Below are positions 52,901 to 64,000 of a stretch of DNA of 64,000 nucleotides, piece after piece; the first letter of the stretch is position 1; each line of letters begins with the position of its first letter. Location of the stretch: contig JAQGDQ010000157.1 of assembly GCA_030141605.1 (NCBI GenBank), positions 124,001 to 188,000 on the forward strand, given 5' to 3'. Source of the stretch: Tubiluchus corallicola (taxonomy: Eukaryota > Animalia > Priapulida). The position numbers were made by a program, and so were the translations under genes. The notes beneath the pieces were generated by a model, which saw nothing but the letters and a program-made list of their open reading frames with translations, was not told the origin of the DNA and searched no databases.

Positions 52901-55900
52901 TTGTGTTCTAAGTGAATTATTCGTGCACACTGGGATGGTGATACAGTGCTGTTTCACCAGGTGGCACAATTATTTTAAATTATTGAGAATTTTCTTTTTC
53001 AATTACATAAGTCTTTCAAACACGTAAGTATAATACTAAGTAATACGACTTTCTGTGGAAAGTTTTTTACGATATCCTTTAGAAATCCGTTTGCCCCCCC
53101 CCCCCTTAAAGAATGCTGAAGTACAGAGACTTTTAAAATAAGTTTCAAGAATACAGCATTACAGTACTGCATTATTTACGCTGAGGCAGTGCGCTCGTAT
53201 TTGTTTTCCTAGAAAAAAGTATCCAATTTAAACTAGTATAGTAGTCACTGTTTAATAGGACCAGAGATAATAAAATCAGCTGCATTTTAGGGTAGTTGAT
53301 GCACCATCTGAAATTACCCGACAGAAACTACAATTATGAAAAACCAGTGAGTAAAACCAGTGCACCATTATAATAAGACCATGTTTCAGTAACAGCCAAT
53401 AAAAGCAACAATAAAATGCAAAAATAAACTGTGTTTTTGACAGTTTGCCTATTTGTAAGAATTTCTAGATACTAAAATTTAAATACCGCTTCCTAAATTC
53501 ACCTCTTTTTAGTCAAAGTCACAGTGAAAGTTAAAGTCGATTGTTTCGTCATAACTGCTCTGCATGTACAGCTGCTAGTCTGTTTATTGAAATTGAATCA
53601 TAAACGAGAGAGTTAACTGTTTAATAAGCTTTTTCACAGTTTCGCAGTTGCTGTGGGTCAAAGGTTAAGTGTACCACAGCGACGTGTCTTAACTATAACT
53701 GTCGCGCGACATGTGTGTAAAACAAAGCTGTCTGCCGCATCAGTTCAGTAACATCAGTTGTTTTACAAGGACTTTGCTTAACTATACATTAGTCTGTGCA
53801 TAAAGTGATCTACTAGCAGGATCTTGCTTGAGAACAAGAAAAAATTAACTAGGTAAGGGTCTACCTTGCTGTTAAAACGTTAATATTACAGTAACATAGG
53901 CTGTGAGGCGATGTCAAGTGTACACAAATATGTTGTCTGCGACACTTAACCTTTGACCTTTTCACGACTATCATCAATCGGTGGAATTGTGAAAAGGCTT
54001 GTTGTTATGTATTATGCTTTGTCAAATACACAGGCTTGGAACAGGACACTGCATAACAAAACTACTGTTTATTAAGACCACTTACTGCTGGTCCAGTGGT
54101 GGTTTTACTAAGCGGCGACTACCGTAGTTAAAAACAACGCACAGTAAATATGTCTGTGTGCGAAAATTAACACTGTGTTGCTCAGCATCAGGCAAGGATA
54201 GGTAAAATATTATGGCTGGTATAAATAATTATTTTTTGAATAAATGAATAAAATAAATAAATCTGCACATCAACAATCTAGACATCTACAGCACAACAAT
54301 CATTTCAAATTCTGTCAAACTGCAATTCAACAATCAAATCTAGAAATAAAAATGCTCCAGGAAAAGACCTATCAGACCAAAACAGAATAAATGCTGACAG
54401 CCAAATATGGTACAGCACATCTTTTCTGGCAACAATTCGTGTATCCAGAGAATTCAGACTTGTAAAACATACCCTTATTATCTTCCCCATGACTATTCTG
54501 CCCAAACTCTTCCAGTAAATTGATATCTATGTCAAGATCCTGCGTCGACGCTCCGATGACGCTGTCTATGGCATCCATAATGGACGATTCTTGCTTCTTG
54601 GTCAACTGTGTGACGTCGTTTGATTCTTTCTTCGGAGTGTTGGCCTGCATGATGGCTCGCTGTTTGATGATGTCAGCAACTGTTTTGACCTTCTTAACTT
54701 TCAAGAATGGCCTGTAAGAAAGCAAGTATATTTTTATTGGACTGTTCGTCTAGCAACTCATTGACACACAGTTGTTTCAGAAAGCCTTTTCACAGTTTGG
54801 TTGGTGTGCATGCGCAGTTATACAGGTCAAAGGTTAAGTGTACCACAGCAACACGCATCTTAATTACAACCGTCATGAGACGTGTAAAACAAAGCCGTCT
54901 GCTGCATCAGTTCAGTAACTTCAGTTGTTTTAAGTGGACATTACTTAATTATGCATTAGTCCGTGCATAAAGTGATTTACTAGCAGGATCTTGCTTGGAA
55001 ACAAGAAAAATGAACTAGGTAAGGTTCTAGCTAGCTGTTAAAACATGTTAGACTGCTACTATTACAACAGCATCAGCTGCGAGGCATTGCCAAGTGTACA
55101 CAAACGCCTTGCCTGGTACACCTAACCATCAACATCAATCACTGCCATTTGACCTTTTCACAATCATAATGAATCACTGGAACTGTGAAAAAGCTTTTTA
55201 GTCACAATAAATACAAAAAACTCTATATATTAAATTTTTATGTTCATTTATAATTCAACATTCAACACACCATCAATTAATGGCAGGACACCGGTGTACT
55301 TTGCATTTTCATAATTGATTAATCAGTTCCTTAAACCGATTCGGCAGTCGATTGCAATCGATTCACGACTGTAATCGACTAATTGGTTGCATTAATACCA
55401 TCCATGCCATTTGTGACATCTAACGTTTCAGTTAAATATATTTATGTTTTTAAAGACACATCACACCACCCACAATTGTAGATTTGACAGATATAAATCA
55501 ATCATTAACTTAACATTACCCTTTAATTTTCTTGGGTTTTTTGAAGCCTGCATCCCCTTTCTTTCTACCATCATCTATACCATTCAGTAATTTTCTCTGC
55601 AAATAGCAAAAAATAAACTAACTTTAAAAAACCGACCATTAAAATCATTTTTCTAATCGGATTGGCATTCACTAGTGAGTCTGAATTGGAAAGTAATTAA
55701 ATTTAAGTAAATAAATCAGGAATATAACTAAGTTATCAGTTAACTAAGTAAATGTTTATGATTAAATATTTTTCTAAGAAACAAACAAGTACCATAAACA
55801 TAAACCAGGACCATACCAAGTACCATACCATGTAGAATGCTTTAAAAGATCTTAAAAACACATTTAGATGGGTTTGCTAGCCGAAAAATGACTAATGTGT

Positions 55901-58900
55901 TAAAGGATGTTGTTTTTATGCAAATGTAACTCCAGCAGAAATACAGTACTTCAGAGACTACTGTACCTTCCTCCTTCTATTTGCAGAAGCCGAAGAACTG
56001 TCCGTTCCTTCATCAGAGTCAGACGTAATTTTCTGTTTATTCTACAATGAAAATGGATTAGTACTGATAACTGAACATCTGAAACCGCATGTTAAGCATA
56101 CCTGTCTAAACACGTGCTGACAATAGCCAAACTTTTATATTTAAGCATGATTACCAGAATTTCATAGTAATCATAGCAGGAGCCACTTAATTGACTCACT
56201 TTGTGATGGATCAGTTGTGACCCATGGATCTAACCCACTGAAGCTATTAGCTAACACATGCAGTATTACTACTATAGAGAAATATGAGTTATCGCTCTTC
56301 AGTAAGCCTCTTCAGCACTGCAAAGGATGAGAGCTTTAAATGTTAGATCTATATACTTATTTTCTCCACTTGTAAAGTCGCAAAAAATACTGGCAGATTG
56401 CTGCTGCATCGGTGGCACAACAGCTAAAGTTAACTGATTGAAATGTTCTTTGAAAAGCACCAAAAGCTTCAAAAGGAAACTGCTAGGCATAGGAGCGGCG
56501 CGTATCAGACGTTTTTGAATCAATTAGGTGACTGATTCTCTTAACAGTGATTCACATAAACGGCTCCCACTGCACAAAAAGCTGCTACAAGTTGCTCGGA
56601 AAAACACGATTAAAAAACTGCATAAAACGTTCGTAAATGCAGCTCGGGTACCATAGATTTATCTCTGTAATAAATCATGAACAATATACCTTCTTTTTCT
56701 TCCGCAGGGAATTTGTAAAACTATGGGAATCTTCACTATCAGACACGTCACGGAATTCTAGATCTCCAGAATTAATGTAGAAGCCACCGAATTCAGTTGT
56801 AAGAGTTGAAGGGACCAACTCATCATACTGTAAGAAATATGTCAAAGTCAAGAGAAATCAAATTTAAACGACATAAAGAAAGACAAAAATTTTATTAATT
56901 TTGACTGAAAATTGGTGAATGATAGCCTACGTACCAGCAAAATATACTTGTTTTTATATTTTACACATTAACTGATACAGAGCAATTGATTTACGAAATT
57001 GAATTAAACATATTATAATTATTTGAATAGCTGATATCTGAAGATTGGATGAAACAAGCATTTCATCAACTGCATCATGTACTTTAAAAGATTCAATAAC
57101 TCTCGACACAATTTGCACCAGAAATAAACAAAGAAGTGGGACAAGCAATTTTTTTATATGTATACTACACAAGTGTTCATTGACGTAACTTCTTAGAGCT
57201 TTGCTAAATCCAAACACAAGTTGGAAATGAGGAAGTGCTTCTTCAACATCAATACATGTTACACTAACAAACTTTACAAGTAAAAATATAATAAGCAGAA
57301 TACATCAGCCATCTCGTACTTCCCCAAAATAGAAGCAGAACTCAACAAGTGTTTCCAACTTGCATTTGATTGTAAAAACATTCTTAGCTTCTAATAAAGA
57401 CAACAGAACACTTACCGCTTCAGAATTATCGACAAATGGATCATTTTCATCATAGCCCATCCCGAGGTCCATATAGTCTTCCCATTTTCTATTATGCTTG
57501 CGTCCCTTTTTTGAAAATTGCTTGGGAGTCTAACAATAATAAATAAAACCTGTATTACTAACTACAATTTTTTGTTCTAAGTTTCCATGAAACTAAACGT
57601 ACCAAAACTGTATTTACTATAATAGATCAACTCTTTAACCAGTGGCGGCTCTTGTATAGCCACTGTGACACTGCAGCATCCCCCTATTTTCACTCGATAT
57701 TGTTGATAACATTTAATATAATGAGTCTTTATTCTTTGGTTCTTTCTTTATACTTGTAAATCCTTTTACCAAAGCACAGCACATGACGGAATTGTGCGCT
57801 TCACAGTTCCAGCGATGCAGTGTTTAGCTATTGTGTACATGTGGCCATGTGCACAAATCCGAGATAAGAAGCTGCATGCTACGTAGAGAGAGATTGCACT
57901 CTCGCTCACCCAGTGTCAAGACCCTGTTGTACAAGTCTTTTTTTCGACTCAGCATGTGTTGTGCTTAAAAACCATGCACTATATTCTTGAATGTGATACA
58001 GTGTAGAATTAAATGATTGCCAGGTTTCCAGCTTTGCTGTTTAATTCAAAGTTTTTTGGTTCTTTTATTTTACAGAAAATTTATATAATTTAATTATGGC
58101 CTCCTTGCATTCCCAAGAAGTAAGTTCTGTGACTGTAAGTAAACTTCAACAGCTTAAGTTTGCACAGTTGGTTCTCCATGAGAAAGTTACAGTTAAGAAA
58201 AGAGGTCATTCAGCACCTAATTTTCAAATATCTCCTATATCAAAAACAATGGTAAAACTTTTCTGAAGCAGTAGCCCCCACTAATTTTAGCTGCAAGCCG
58301 CCACTGTCTCTAACATCATTGTTCTTAACTTGTGCATAACTTACATATTTTTCTTCGAAACTTCGGGCAATTGCAGCAAGTTTGTCACTCTCAGCAGCAT
58401 CCTGTACTGCAAATGGGTCATCGCTAATAACATCTTGATTCTGAAACAGTCATTTAAGCAATCATATGCATAAACTGATACCTAGAACAAAGCAGTGAAA
58501 TCTACACTTTATTTGAGCACCAACAGGTCGAGAATAAACTACTCATAAACAACTATGCATATCCAGCTTAGAAAAGCTTTAATAAGATAGCAAACCATTC
58601 AGAATTATCATCAACTCCTGTTTAATTTCAGTAAAACGAGGATTACAGACAGAAACATGGTGTACTAATCAAAATTCTGGCACTTATTTTGGCTAACAAT
58701 AGAACATTTCACAGTCCATTGTGCATTGCTTCTTCAGCGTAAACATAAACAATATGGAACACCTTGAAATGTAAAATTATATAATAACCCCAACAGAAAA
58801 CAAAAAAGCGCCATCACCATTAACGATAAGCAATATTTCATATTGTTTATGTTTACACTGAAGAAGCAAACCATAATGCAATGAAGGCAGTTTTTTGTTT

Positions 58901-60603
58901 TCTGTTTGATTTATTTTATAATTTTGCATTACAAGGTGTTCTATATTGCTTATGTTTACACTGAAGAAGAAACCCATATTGGGCTGCGAAGCATCTGTTT
59001 GTTAGTAAAAATAAAAGGCAGAATCTTTTATTAGTACATCCATGTTTCTGCTATAGCCTTCACTTTATTGATATTTACAATAATGGATGCCAAACTTATT
59101 TCTGCATGTATGTTGACATCAAAATTATTTCGTACTAATGCTTCAATACAAATCAATTTAGTTTAAAGCCACACATAACTGTACAATATTTCTCCAGAAC
59201 TCATGCAAAATCTCATTTCCTCAAAGATGTTGCTGCCACATCACTACATGTGTGTTTGCAAACCAAAATCGTCCGTAAGTCGGACATAGTTAAAACTATG
59301 GTATGATGCTTCAAAGTAGAATGCTCCAAAAATTTGGTCAAATGTCAATTTTTTGTTTTTTTTATATAAAAACAAATGCTAAATATATTGGGCTTTTATA
59401 TACTAGCATCAAATTATCAAGAAAATGTTAAAAAAAAAACTCCTTAGTACTGCAATTGTAAAAAACTTGTATTTTCAAACTCCGATAGTACAGTCAACCT
59501 TGGGTATAAGGTACTCGCTTATAAGGGACCACCAACACCGGTCCCGATTTTTCGTAATGGTTTTCCTTTTAAAAATCTTCATGTATAAGGTACTCAAATG
59601 TAAGGGACTTTCGGTTATAAGGGACGATATCTTCAGGCCTCGTGTAATAGAAACCCAGATAAATTACTTTGCATATACTATGATCAAATATTTTTTACAT
59701 CTTAAAAAGCCTATGCCGAGACCCAGCGCGGGTCCGACTGTATTCCGCGGCTTTGGCCATCTGTGCGAGATTACCTCCTTATGTGTGATACAACAGAGGA
59801 GAATTGTAATGAGGCCATATTATCGGGGGATAAGCTAGATGTTTTTCTCATTCGACAGTGGGCATCCAGGTTAACCCAGAAAAGGATGTCAGACTTTTTT
59901 GGAAATAAATGAATAACAAGCAAACTTGGAGTAAAATTGCTGATCACTACGGAGTAAAAATGTTCTAAAGACTCTGCTTAAACATTTGCATAAACATTAT
60001 TAGCATAACTACCAGTAGTAAAATGGCTTGTCTTGGGATGAGTTTGAATAAACATCGATTTTTGTGTTCAGTTCAAGATGGTTCATTGGGCATTAGGCTA
60101 CCATATGAGGTATATAGATACAGGTCTAGATACGCCCTCCGTCTGACTCAACTTCAGCTATAAGAGACATCGGATATAAGGGACGATTTTTTCAGGTCCG
60201 GAGGTGTCCCTTATATCCAAGGTTGACTGCAGATCATTTTGCTCCGGGTTTTTTCTGCTGCTAAGCCCAGATCTTTGTCAGCAAAAGTCATCTACTGGAT
60301 TTAAACATAACATCAGTGTCTCTTGCAAAGTCTGTAGCAACCAACAATTGCCGATTTGTGGTCAGTAAAACAAACAGCTGGTGAGCACACTAATCATTTC
60401 ACAATGACAATAACTAAGATTTGTACCAGTTTTTCTTTGACTAGATCAGCAAACGAATACTCCGGACATTTGTCATCCGTGGATTCGCCGAGAGTAATTT
60501 CAAATCGGAAAGTTGTGGCATGCGGCGATGTGTCCTTCTTTTTCTTTTTCTTCACCTGCACAGGAGCAGGCGGTTGGAGTGTTATTCTCCTAGGTTCTGC
60601 CAT
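40903..60603 (-). CDS. UBN: Ubinuclein (UBN1/UBN2, yemanuclein-like), HIRA histone H3.3 chaperone complex subunit; 17 coding exons, 4041 nt, about 1346 aa
   Basis: N-terminus MAEPRRI; HRD/HUN motif [33 protein letters not shown]; UBN middle domain [13 protein letters not shown]...[16 protein letters not shown] and KFQWSD...[11 protein letters not shown]; all hand-assembled exon phases are compatible through to the TGA. Confidence 0.93.
41221..41301. mobile_element. Very short (~80 bp) Tc1/mariner-like MITE
   Basis: TA-cagtaatctctacatagct ... agttacgcggagtttactg-TA. Confidence 0.55.
41771..41966 (-). CDS. UBN: UBN coding exon 16
   Basis: gtacag|[16 protein letters not shown]...QNLFSQLPR(G)|gtata. 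Confidence 0.8.
42498..42672 (-). CDS. UBN: UBN coding exon 15
   Basis: attaag|[35 protein letters not shown]...DHLLSQ|gtacg. Confidence 0.78.
43419..44057. mobile_element. Family E TIR element, uninterrupted copy
   Basis: imperfect TIR gtgtttgcatagcaaaatcgtccgtaagccggc / gccgacttatggacggtgttggtttgcaagc; inverted paralogue at 59250-60350. Confidence 0.7.
44120..44277 (-). CDS. UBN: UBN coding exon 14
   Basis: ttgtag|[16 protein letters not shown]...[11 protein letters not shown](AG)|gtatg. Confidence 0.82.
44520..44722 (-). mobile_element. Two tandem 5S-rRNA-like fragments (SINE3-like)
   Basis: reverse complements gagcaaccttgagcctggtcacttactggatggatggcca and gaagttaaatagtcttaagcc...ttactggatgggtggtca resemble the 5S internal control region; both continue tctggtgcaagg. 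Confidence 0.5.
44786..46532 (-). CDS. UBN: UBN coding exon 13 (1747 bp, S/Q/T-rich disordered region)
   Basis: ttctag| acceptor inside the 592 aa ORF; CAG|gtatga donor; phase 2/0 fits both neighbours. Confidence 0.9.
46776..46961 (-). CDS. UBN: UBN coding exon 12
   Basis: ttttag|[15 protein letters not shown]...[31 protein letters not shown]...|gtaag. Confidence 0.93.
47185..47476. repeat. Minisatellite, ~78 bp unit, 4 copies
   Basis: unit tacctggctagctattccacctacattacacacctccagacgtttacccacatacaccatggtgaacgcgc. Confidence 0.93.
47972..48150 (+). repeat. Degenerate interstitial telomere-like (TTAGGG)n tract
   Basis: multiple ttaggg units and variants in 6 bp register. Confidence 0.88.
48537..48677 (-). 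CDS. UBN: UBN coding exon 11 (ends at a GC donor)
   Basis: ttacag|[10 protein letters not shown]...[11 protein letters not shown](AG)|gcaagt. Confidence 0.88.
49100..49320 (+). mobile_element. Family B right-end fragment
   Basis: aataattctttcacgtaagtcattcttgaaaaatagtatg ... cagttttcctTTAA. Confidence 0.7.
49372..49441 (-). CDS. UBN: UBN coding exon 10
   Basis: tttttag|[22 protein letters not shown](AG)|gtgag; matches the UBN MPxQxxKYxxxC motif. Confidence 0.9.
50058..50728 (+). mobile_element. Family D TTAA-flanked element
   Basis: TTAAagcacaa...ttgtcctTTAA; colinear with 52602-53109 (gcatacagag..aacagtaa, tgtcaataagat). Confidence 0.65.
50772..51009 (-). CDS. UBN: UBN coding exon 9 (middle domain)
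   Basis: atgtag|[25 protein letters not shown]...[15 protein letters not shown]...KLKQ(G)|gtggg. Confidence 0.93.
51708..52267. mobile_element. Tc1/mariner-like MITE
   Basis: TA-cagtaaactatgtataact ... agttatacgtaggttacta-TA. Confidence 0.7.
52413..52564 (-). CDS. UBN: UBN coding exon 8
   Basis: gaatag|LDSADEDSD...[19 protein letters not shown]|gtagg; LPxxLP motif preceding the UBN middle domain. Confidence 0.88.
52602..53109 (+). mobile_element. Family D TTAA-flanked element
   Basis: TTAAagcacaagaaaa...cccTTAA; paralogue of 50058-50728. Confidence 0.65.
53625..54000. mobile_element. MITE family A copy in a UBN intron
   Basis: taagctttttcacagtt ... attgtgaaaaggctt. Confidence 0.88.
54473..54711 (-). 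CDS. UBN: UBN coding exon 7
   Basis: ttacag|[19 protein letters not shown]...GEDNK(G)|gtatg; phase 2/1. Confidence 0.85.
54781..55196. mobile_element. MITE family A copy in a UBN intron
   Basis: aagccttttcacagtt ... aactgtgaaaaagctt. Confidence 0.88.
55520..55596 (-). CDS. UBN: UBN coding exon 6
   Basis: ttgcag|[25 protein letters not shown](GG)|gtaatg; phase 0/2 is required to join the next exon. Confidence 0.82.
55967..56041 (-). CDS. UBN: UBN coding exon 5
   Basis: ttgtag|[25 protein letters not shown]|gtacag; phase 0/0. Confidence 0.8.
56690..56827 (-). CDS. UBN: UBN coding exon 4 (HRD second half)
   Basis: ttacag|[33 protein letters not shown]...RKKKK|gtata. Confidence 0.95.
57416..57529 (-). 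CDS. UBN: UBN coding exon 3 (HRD first half)
   Basis: gttag|[38 protein letters not shown]|gtaag. Confidence 0.95.
57640..58306. mobile_element. hAT-like MITE in UBN intron 2
   Basis: TIR cagtggcggct / agccgccactg; 8 bp TSD tctttaac / tctctaac. Confidence 0.85.
58345..58440 (-). CDS. UBN: UBN coding exon 2
   Basis: tttcag|[32 protein letters not shown]|gtaag; conserved DPF...ARxFEEKY. Confidence 0.93.
59250..60350. mobile_element. Family E element, interrupted and truncated copy
   Basis: 59250-59490 and 60231-60350 are reverse complements of 43795-44055 and 43660-43780. Confidence 0.72.
59491..60229. mobile_element. Tc1/mariner (pogo-like) MITE nested in a family E element
   Basis: TA-cagtcaaccttgggtataagg ... 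ccttatatccaaggttgactg; internal repeats tataagggac. Confidence 0.85.
60427..60603 (-). CDS. UBN: UBN coding exon 1
   Basis: ATG at 60603; [10 protein letters not shown]...[14 protein letters not shown]|gtacaa; acceptor ttttcag gives exon start 60642. Confidence 0.9.
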
Positions 60604-60782
60604 TTAGACTAATGTGCACATTTCATTGTACTTCACGACCTTCTGAAAAGAAGAAGATTTCACAATAAACTTGAGAGTTGATTTCGACTGATATCATTAT
60701 TAAGTATCACAGGTGTCAGTAAAGATTTCTAACAGTATAACACTAACGGTACACCATAACAGTAAAAGCAGAAAATGTAGAT

Positions 60783-61387
60783 GGGACGTTACGGAAACGA
60801 AAATTTCGTTTCAGTTTGCAGATAATTGCACTTTCGACTTGAGTTTCGTTTTCGTCGAAAATTATTAAGTTTCGTAGCTGAAAGTTTCTGTAATTTTCGT
60901 TAGCATTTTTCTCAGGTTTTAGTAGTATTTATCCAGCTTACCTTTTTGATTTCTAGACGTTAAAAATCGTTGAAAAATTTTTGCCTAAAATAGTTCAAAT
61001 AAAGTGTAAATAGTGTTTATTTAACTTTTGGTACCATTTGTAGCATGTTTTCTACAACAATGCAGCATATCGTCAGTGCTTATGACATTGAAGTTTAAGG
61101 TCTCCAGGCACAATCAACCGAAATATCAAAGCAGACCTTGAATAAAACCATGTTTAACTTAACAAAATTTGTTACAGCTTCATGATCTTTAAACATAAAC
61201 ATTCTTCTACATTTTTTGCCCAGCTACTTCATCAAGCTTGTATCAGAGCAATTACGAGCAAATACAAAGTACTTTCTGAAGTTTTCGGTTTTGATAGTAG
61301 TTGGTTTTGCAAAAATGATATCAGTTCGGTTTCGTTTTGGTATTGGTTTCCTACATTTTATAAATTTTGGTTTCGGTAACATCCCTG
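60783..61387. mobile_element. Degenerate hAT-like MITE
   Basis: gggacgttacgg ... cggtaacatccctg ends with subterminal tttcggttt/ttcgtttt repeats. Confidence 0.5.
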
Positions 61388-62044
61388 ATTGTAGATACTG
61401 TGATCAGCCATCCTGATTTTCTCGGATGCCTCAGGGAATTGCGGTACATGTCAAGGAACCGAATGTGGCCTGAAATTGCTAGAGAAAATTTACATCTTAC
61501 AGCCAATCTTATGTTTTCAAAACCTTCAAATGCAGGTCAGCAAAGCTAAATCTAAAGGAAAGAGCACTCACTTAACTTTCCAGCATAATCATAATAGTTA
61601 AGTATGACTTTTAGCTTTTTGAGTTTGTTTATAATTTTGTTAACGCTTAACTACCTAGCTTGTTTGGTTTCTTCGGCAATACGCAGCACTCATTTTAAAA
61701 TGCCCAGCTAGCAGCTGTAAATTGAGTTTTGTAAAAGCGGTTAAACTTGCGTTTATGATTCAGAATGATCTTGATTATGTATGTGATAAAATTAAGCAAT
61801 TACACATACACTATACTATTACTTACTCTATAGCTGAACTTTAAAATTTAAATTAATTTCAGCATTTGGCACCCTAAGCAACCTGTCTAGTGGTGGAGCC
61901 CTAGATAAATAAAGAACTCTTCTAGAACCTGGCGTCACGCTGCGAGGGAGGTAGAAGTGCTACACCCAATAATTAGCTTTAAACTCAAAATTGGAAGGTA
62001 TAGTTAGTAGATGCTTGAGAAACAAGTTTACTTTCATTTCTTAC

Positions 62045-62560
62045 CTGCCTCACAGCTACTACTCCGCCTAACTTATGCAGCGCTATACTACAGACAAACT
62101 GGACAAATTGCCAACACAAATTAGCAAAAATGCTTTGTTATAATGGACCATTGCAAACGATTGGGGGAAATCATTTCATGGTTTCTACACACACCGTGAC
62201 ACACGTTTATACAAATCATACCAACAACTACGACTTCAACATCTTCTTTTCCTTTATGAAACTTATATGTCTTAGTTAAGAAAATAGTAAGAACAAACAT
62301 TCACAGTGAAAACAAATCCACACCTTGGAAAAGCAATGAAGTATTTGATTACCACCAAAATTACTTTGTTACCTCTTGTGGCAATAGGGGCGATCACTGA
62401 AGCTGTGCACAAACTGGAACAAAATGCGTTTCCGACGACACTCGCGCACCGCTGTTTTCCGGCAATGTTAAAGGAAGCAGAATGATTTTTCATTTTCATA
62501 TTCGGCGCTATTACACTTTCGCACCGCCTAGCTTTTCCTGGCCTATTGGTTCTTTTCACG
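62045..62560 (-). promoter_or_regulatory. Probable non-coding first exon and promoter region of UBN
   Basis: consensus donor CAG|gtaag at 62045 upstream of the acceptor at 60643; locally CpG-richer with a CCAAT (attgg) near 62545; TSS position uncertain. Confidence 0.45.
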
Positions 62561-64000
62561 CCTGCATGTCAGAAAGCAGACCAACATTCTAGCTCTTCTT
62601 TTCAATGCATTTTAATAAAATGTTACGAGATTTAAAACTTTGGAACCCAAAAAATGAAGAAATAAAAATTACGTGTAATAAATAGACATTTGTCCGAACT
62701 TCCCAAGAGGGTTTTTTGGAAACAAAACATTGTATTATACATATATTTTTCTACTTATGTTAAAAAAGCTCGCAGCATGGTATTTCGAATCGCTAGCTGA
62801 TCAACGATCTATAAGTACTAACATGACTCGGTGATGCTAAACATCGGTGAACAGACGAATTAAAATAGGTGTTTTCAATAATAATAGCATGTAGAAATGA
62901 ATATAATTAACGAGTGACGCTTGTACCTAGGAAGGATTCATCAATTATATCTGCAGCTTGGCTAAAATCAAGATCTATAACTGCACAGAGTTTGTTCAAA
63001 TAGCGTCCCATTTAATTCGTAATTTGTAATTTATTATCCAGTTCAGTATAACAATTTGCGTTATCATCTTATGACTAGTATGCATTATAACTAGGAAAGA
63101 TCAAATATAAAATGCAATAATTGTAACTGAACCATATTAGTATAGCTATAGATATAGTTTATCAACCAGAAATAGATGCTACATGGTGGTCGAGAAGCAA
63201 AGCTTGTGAAACCACTAAAACGAAATAGAAAGGAGTTCAGTAGAGACCGGATGCAAAAGTATGAAAATATGAACAGTAAAGTGAAGCATCTGGCAATATA
63301 GCCAGTCACGGGATATACTGTAACTATCACAGTTCACGGTCAAACTAAAAAAATGTGTTACAAGTAGGATTGGAGTAGAAGAGATTTTATATAATCTTTT
63401 AAACCCATATACATGCTCGATGTGTTGTAACATAAATTGATATTTTATTCCATGGATTTGGGGCGGTAAATTTTACAAAGCATCTGGCAGTATTGGTCCT
63501 GCAAAACGGAATATTATGTTCATAAGAAATAGCCAATGAACCATACTTATTGAAAAATACTCATTGAATCATAGCGGCTAAGGAGACGTAAAATTACGGG
63601 ACCGGAAATGGTCAGCAACTAGCTTCACAAACTTTTGCTTTGTTTCTGACATACGTGTACTTCGCCATTCAAAAATAGCATCTAGAAATGTCCCTGCTGC
63701 AGCACTCAGACGTCATTCAGAAATCTTTTGTTCTGGTAACCTTGTGTCATATGTCATCATCGTACAGAGTAAACAGTTTTGTTGTGTTACAGGTAATTCT
63801 GATGACGATTTGGCCACGCCATCTATTGGAAAGCATAATAATTTGTCGCTATCAGTGTAACTGAAATGCTATAACTGCGTAGCATTATAAACCTCAATTT
63901 CTGACAATTTGAAACACTATGAAGGTTAGCTTGTGGCACACAGTCAAGCAGCAGACTTCAGCCAAAGCGAACAACTTATTTGCAGGAGCAGCATTCACAT

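Noticed and set aside
59425-59838. 137 aa ORF as a transposase
   Set aside because: It spans a junction between two non-autonomous elements and shows no DDE/HTH motif.

Overview
Eukaryotic (metazoan, probably marine invertebrate; species cannot be determined) AT-rich genomic DNA with two convergent spliced genes. On the + strand are the last two coding exons of a Josephin-domain deubiquitinase (JOSD1/2-like; 3434-3565 and 30827-31277), separated by a 27.3 kb intron packed with microsatellites, minisatellites, MITEs and LINE/SINE debris. On the - strand is a complete ubinuclein (UBN1/2, yemanuclein-like HIRA-complex subunit). I assembled it by hand from 17 coding exons (60603 to 40903; 4041 nt, about 1346 aa) with consistent phases; it includes one GC-AG intron. 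The rest is dominated by non-autonomous DNA transposons: one ~400 bp MITE family with 12 copies, three TTAA-flanked Kolobok-like families, and hAT-, Tc1/mariner- and Harbinger-like MITEs. RTE- and CR1-like LINE ends and tRNA- and 5S-derived SINE-like fragments are also present. Most short ORFs in the supplied track are repeat artefacts. I found no convincing new multi-gene system. The best leads are the GC-AG intron, a competing frameshifting splice acceptor, a Josephin C-terminal extension, large foldback structures, a nested transposon with its empty-site paralogue, and AATAAA-anchored microsatellite arrays.
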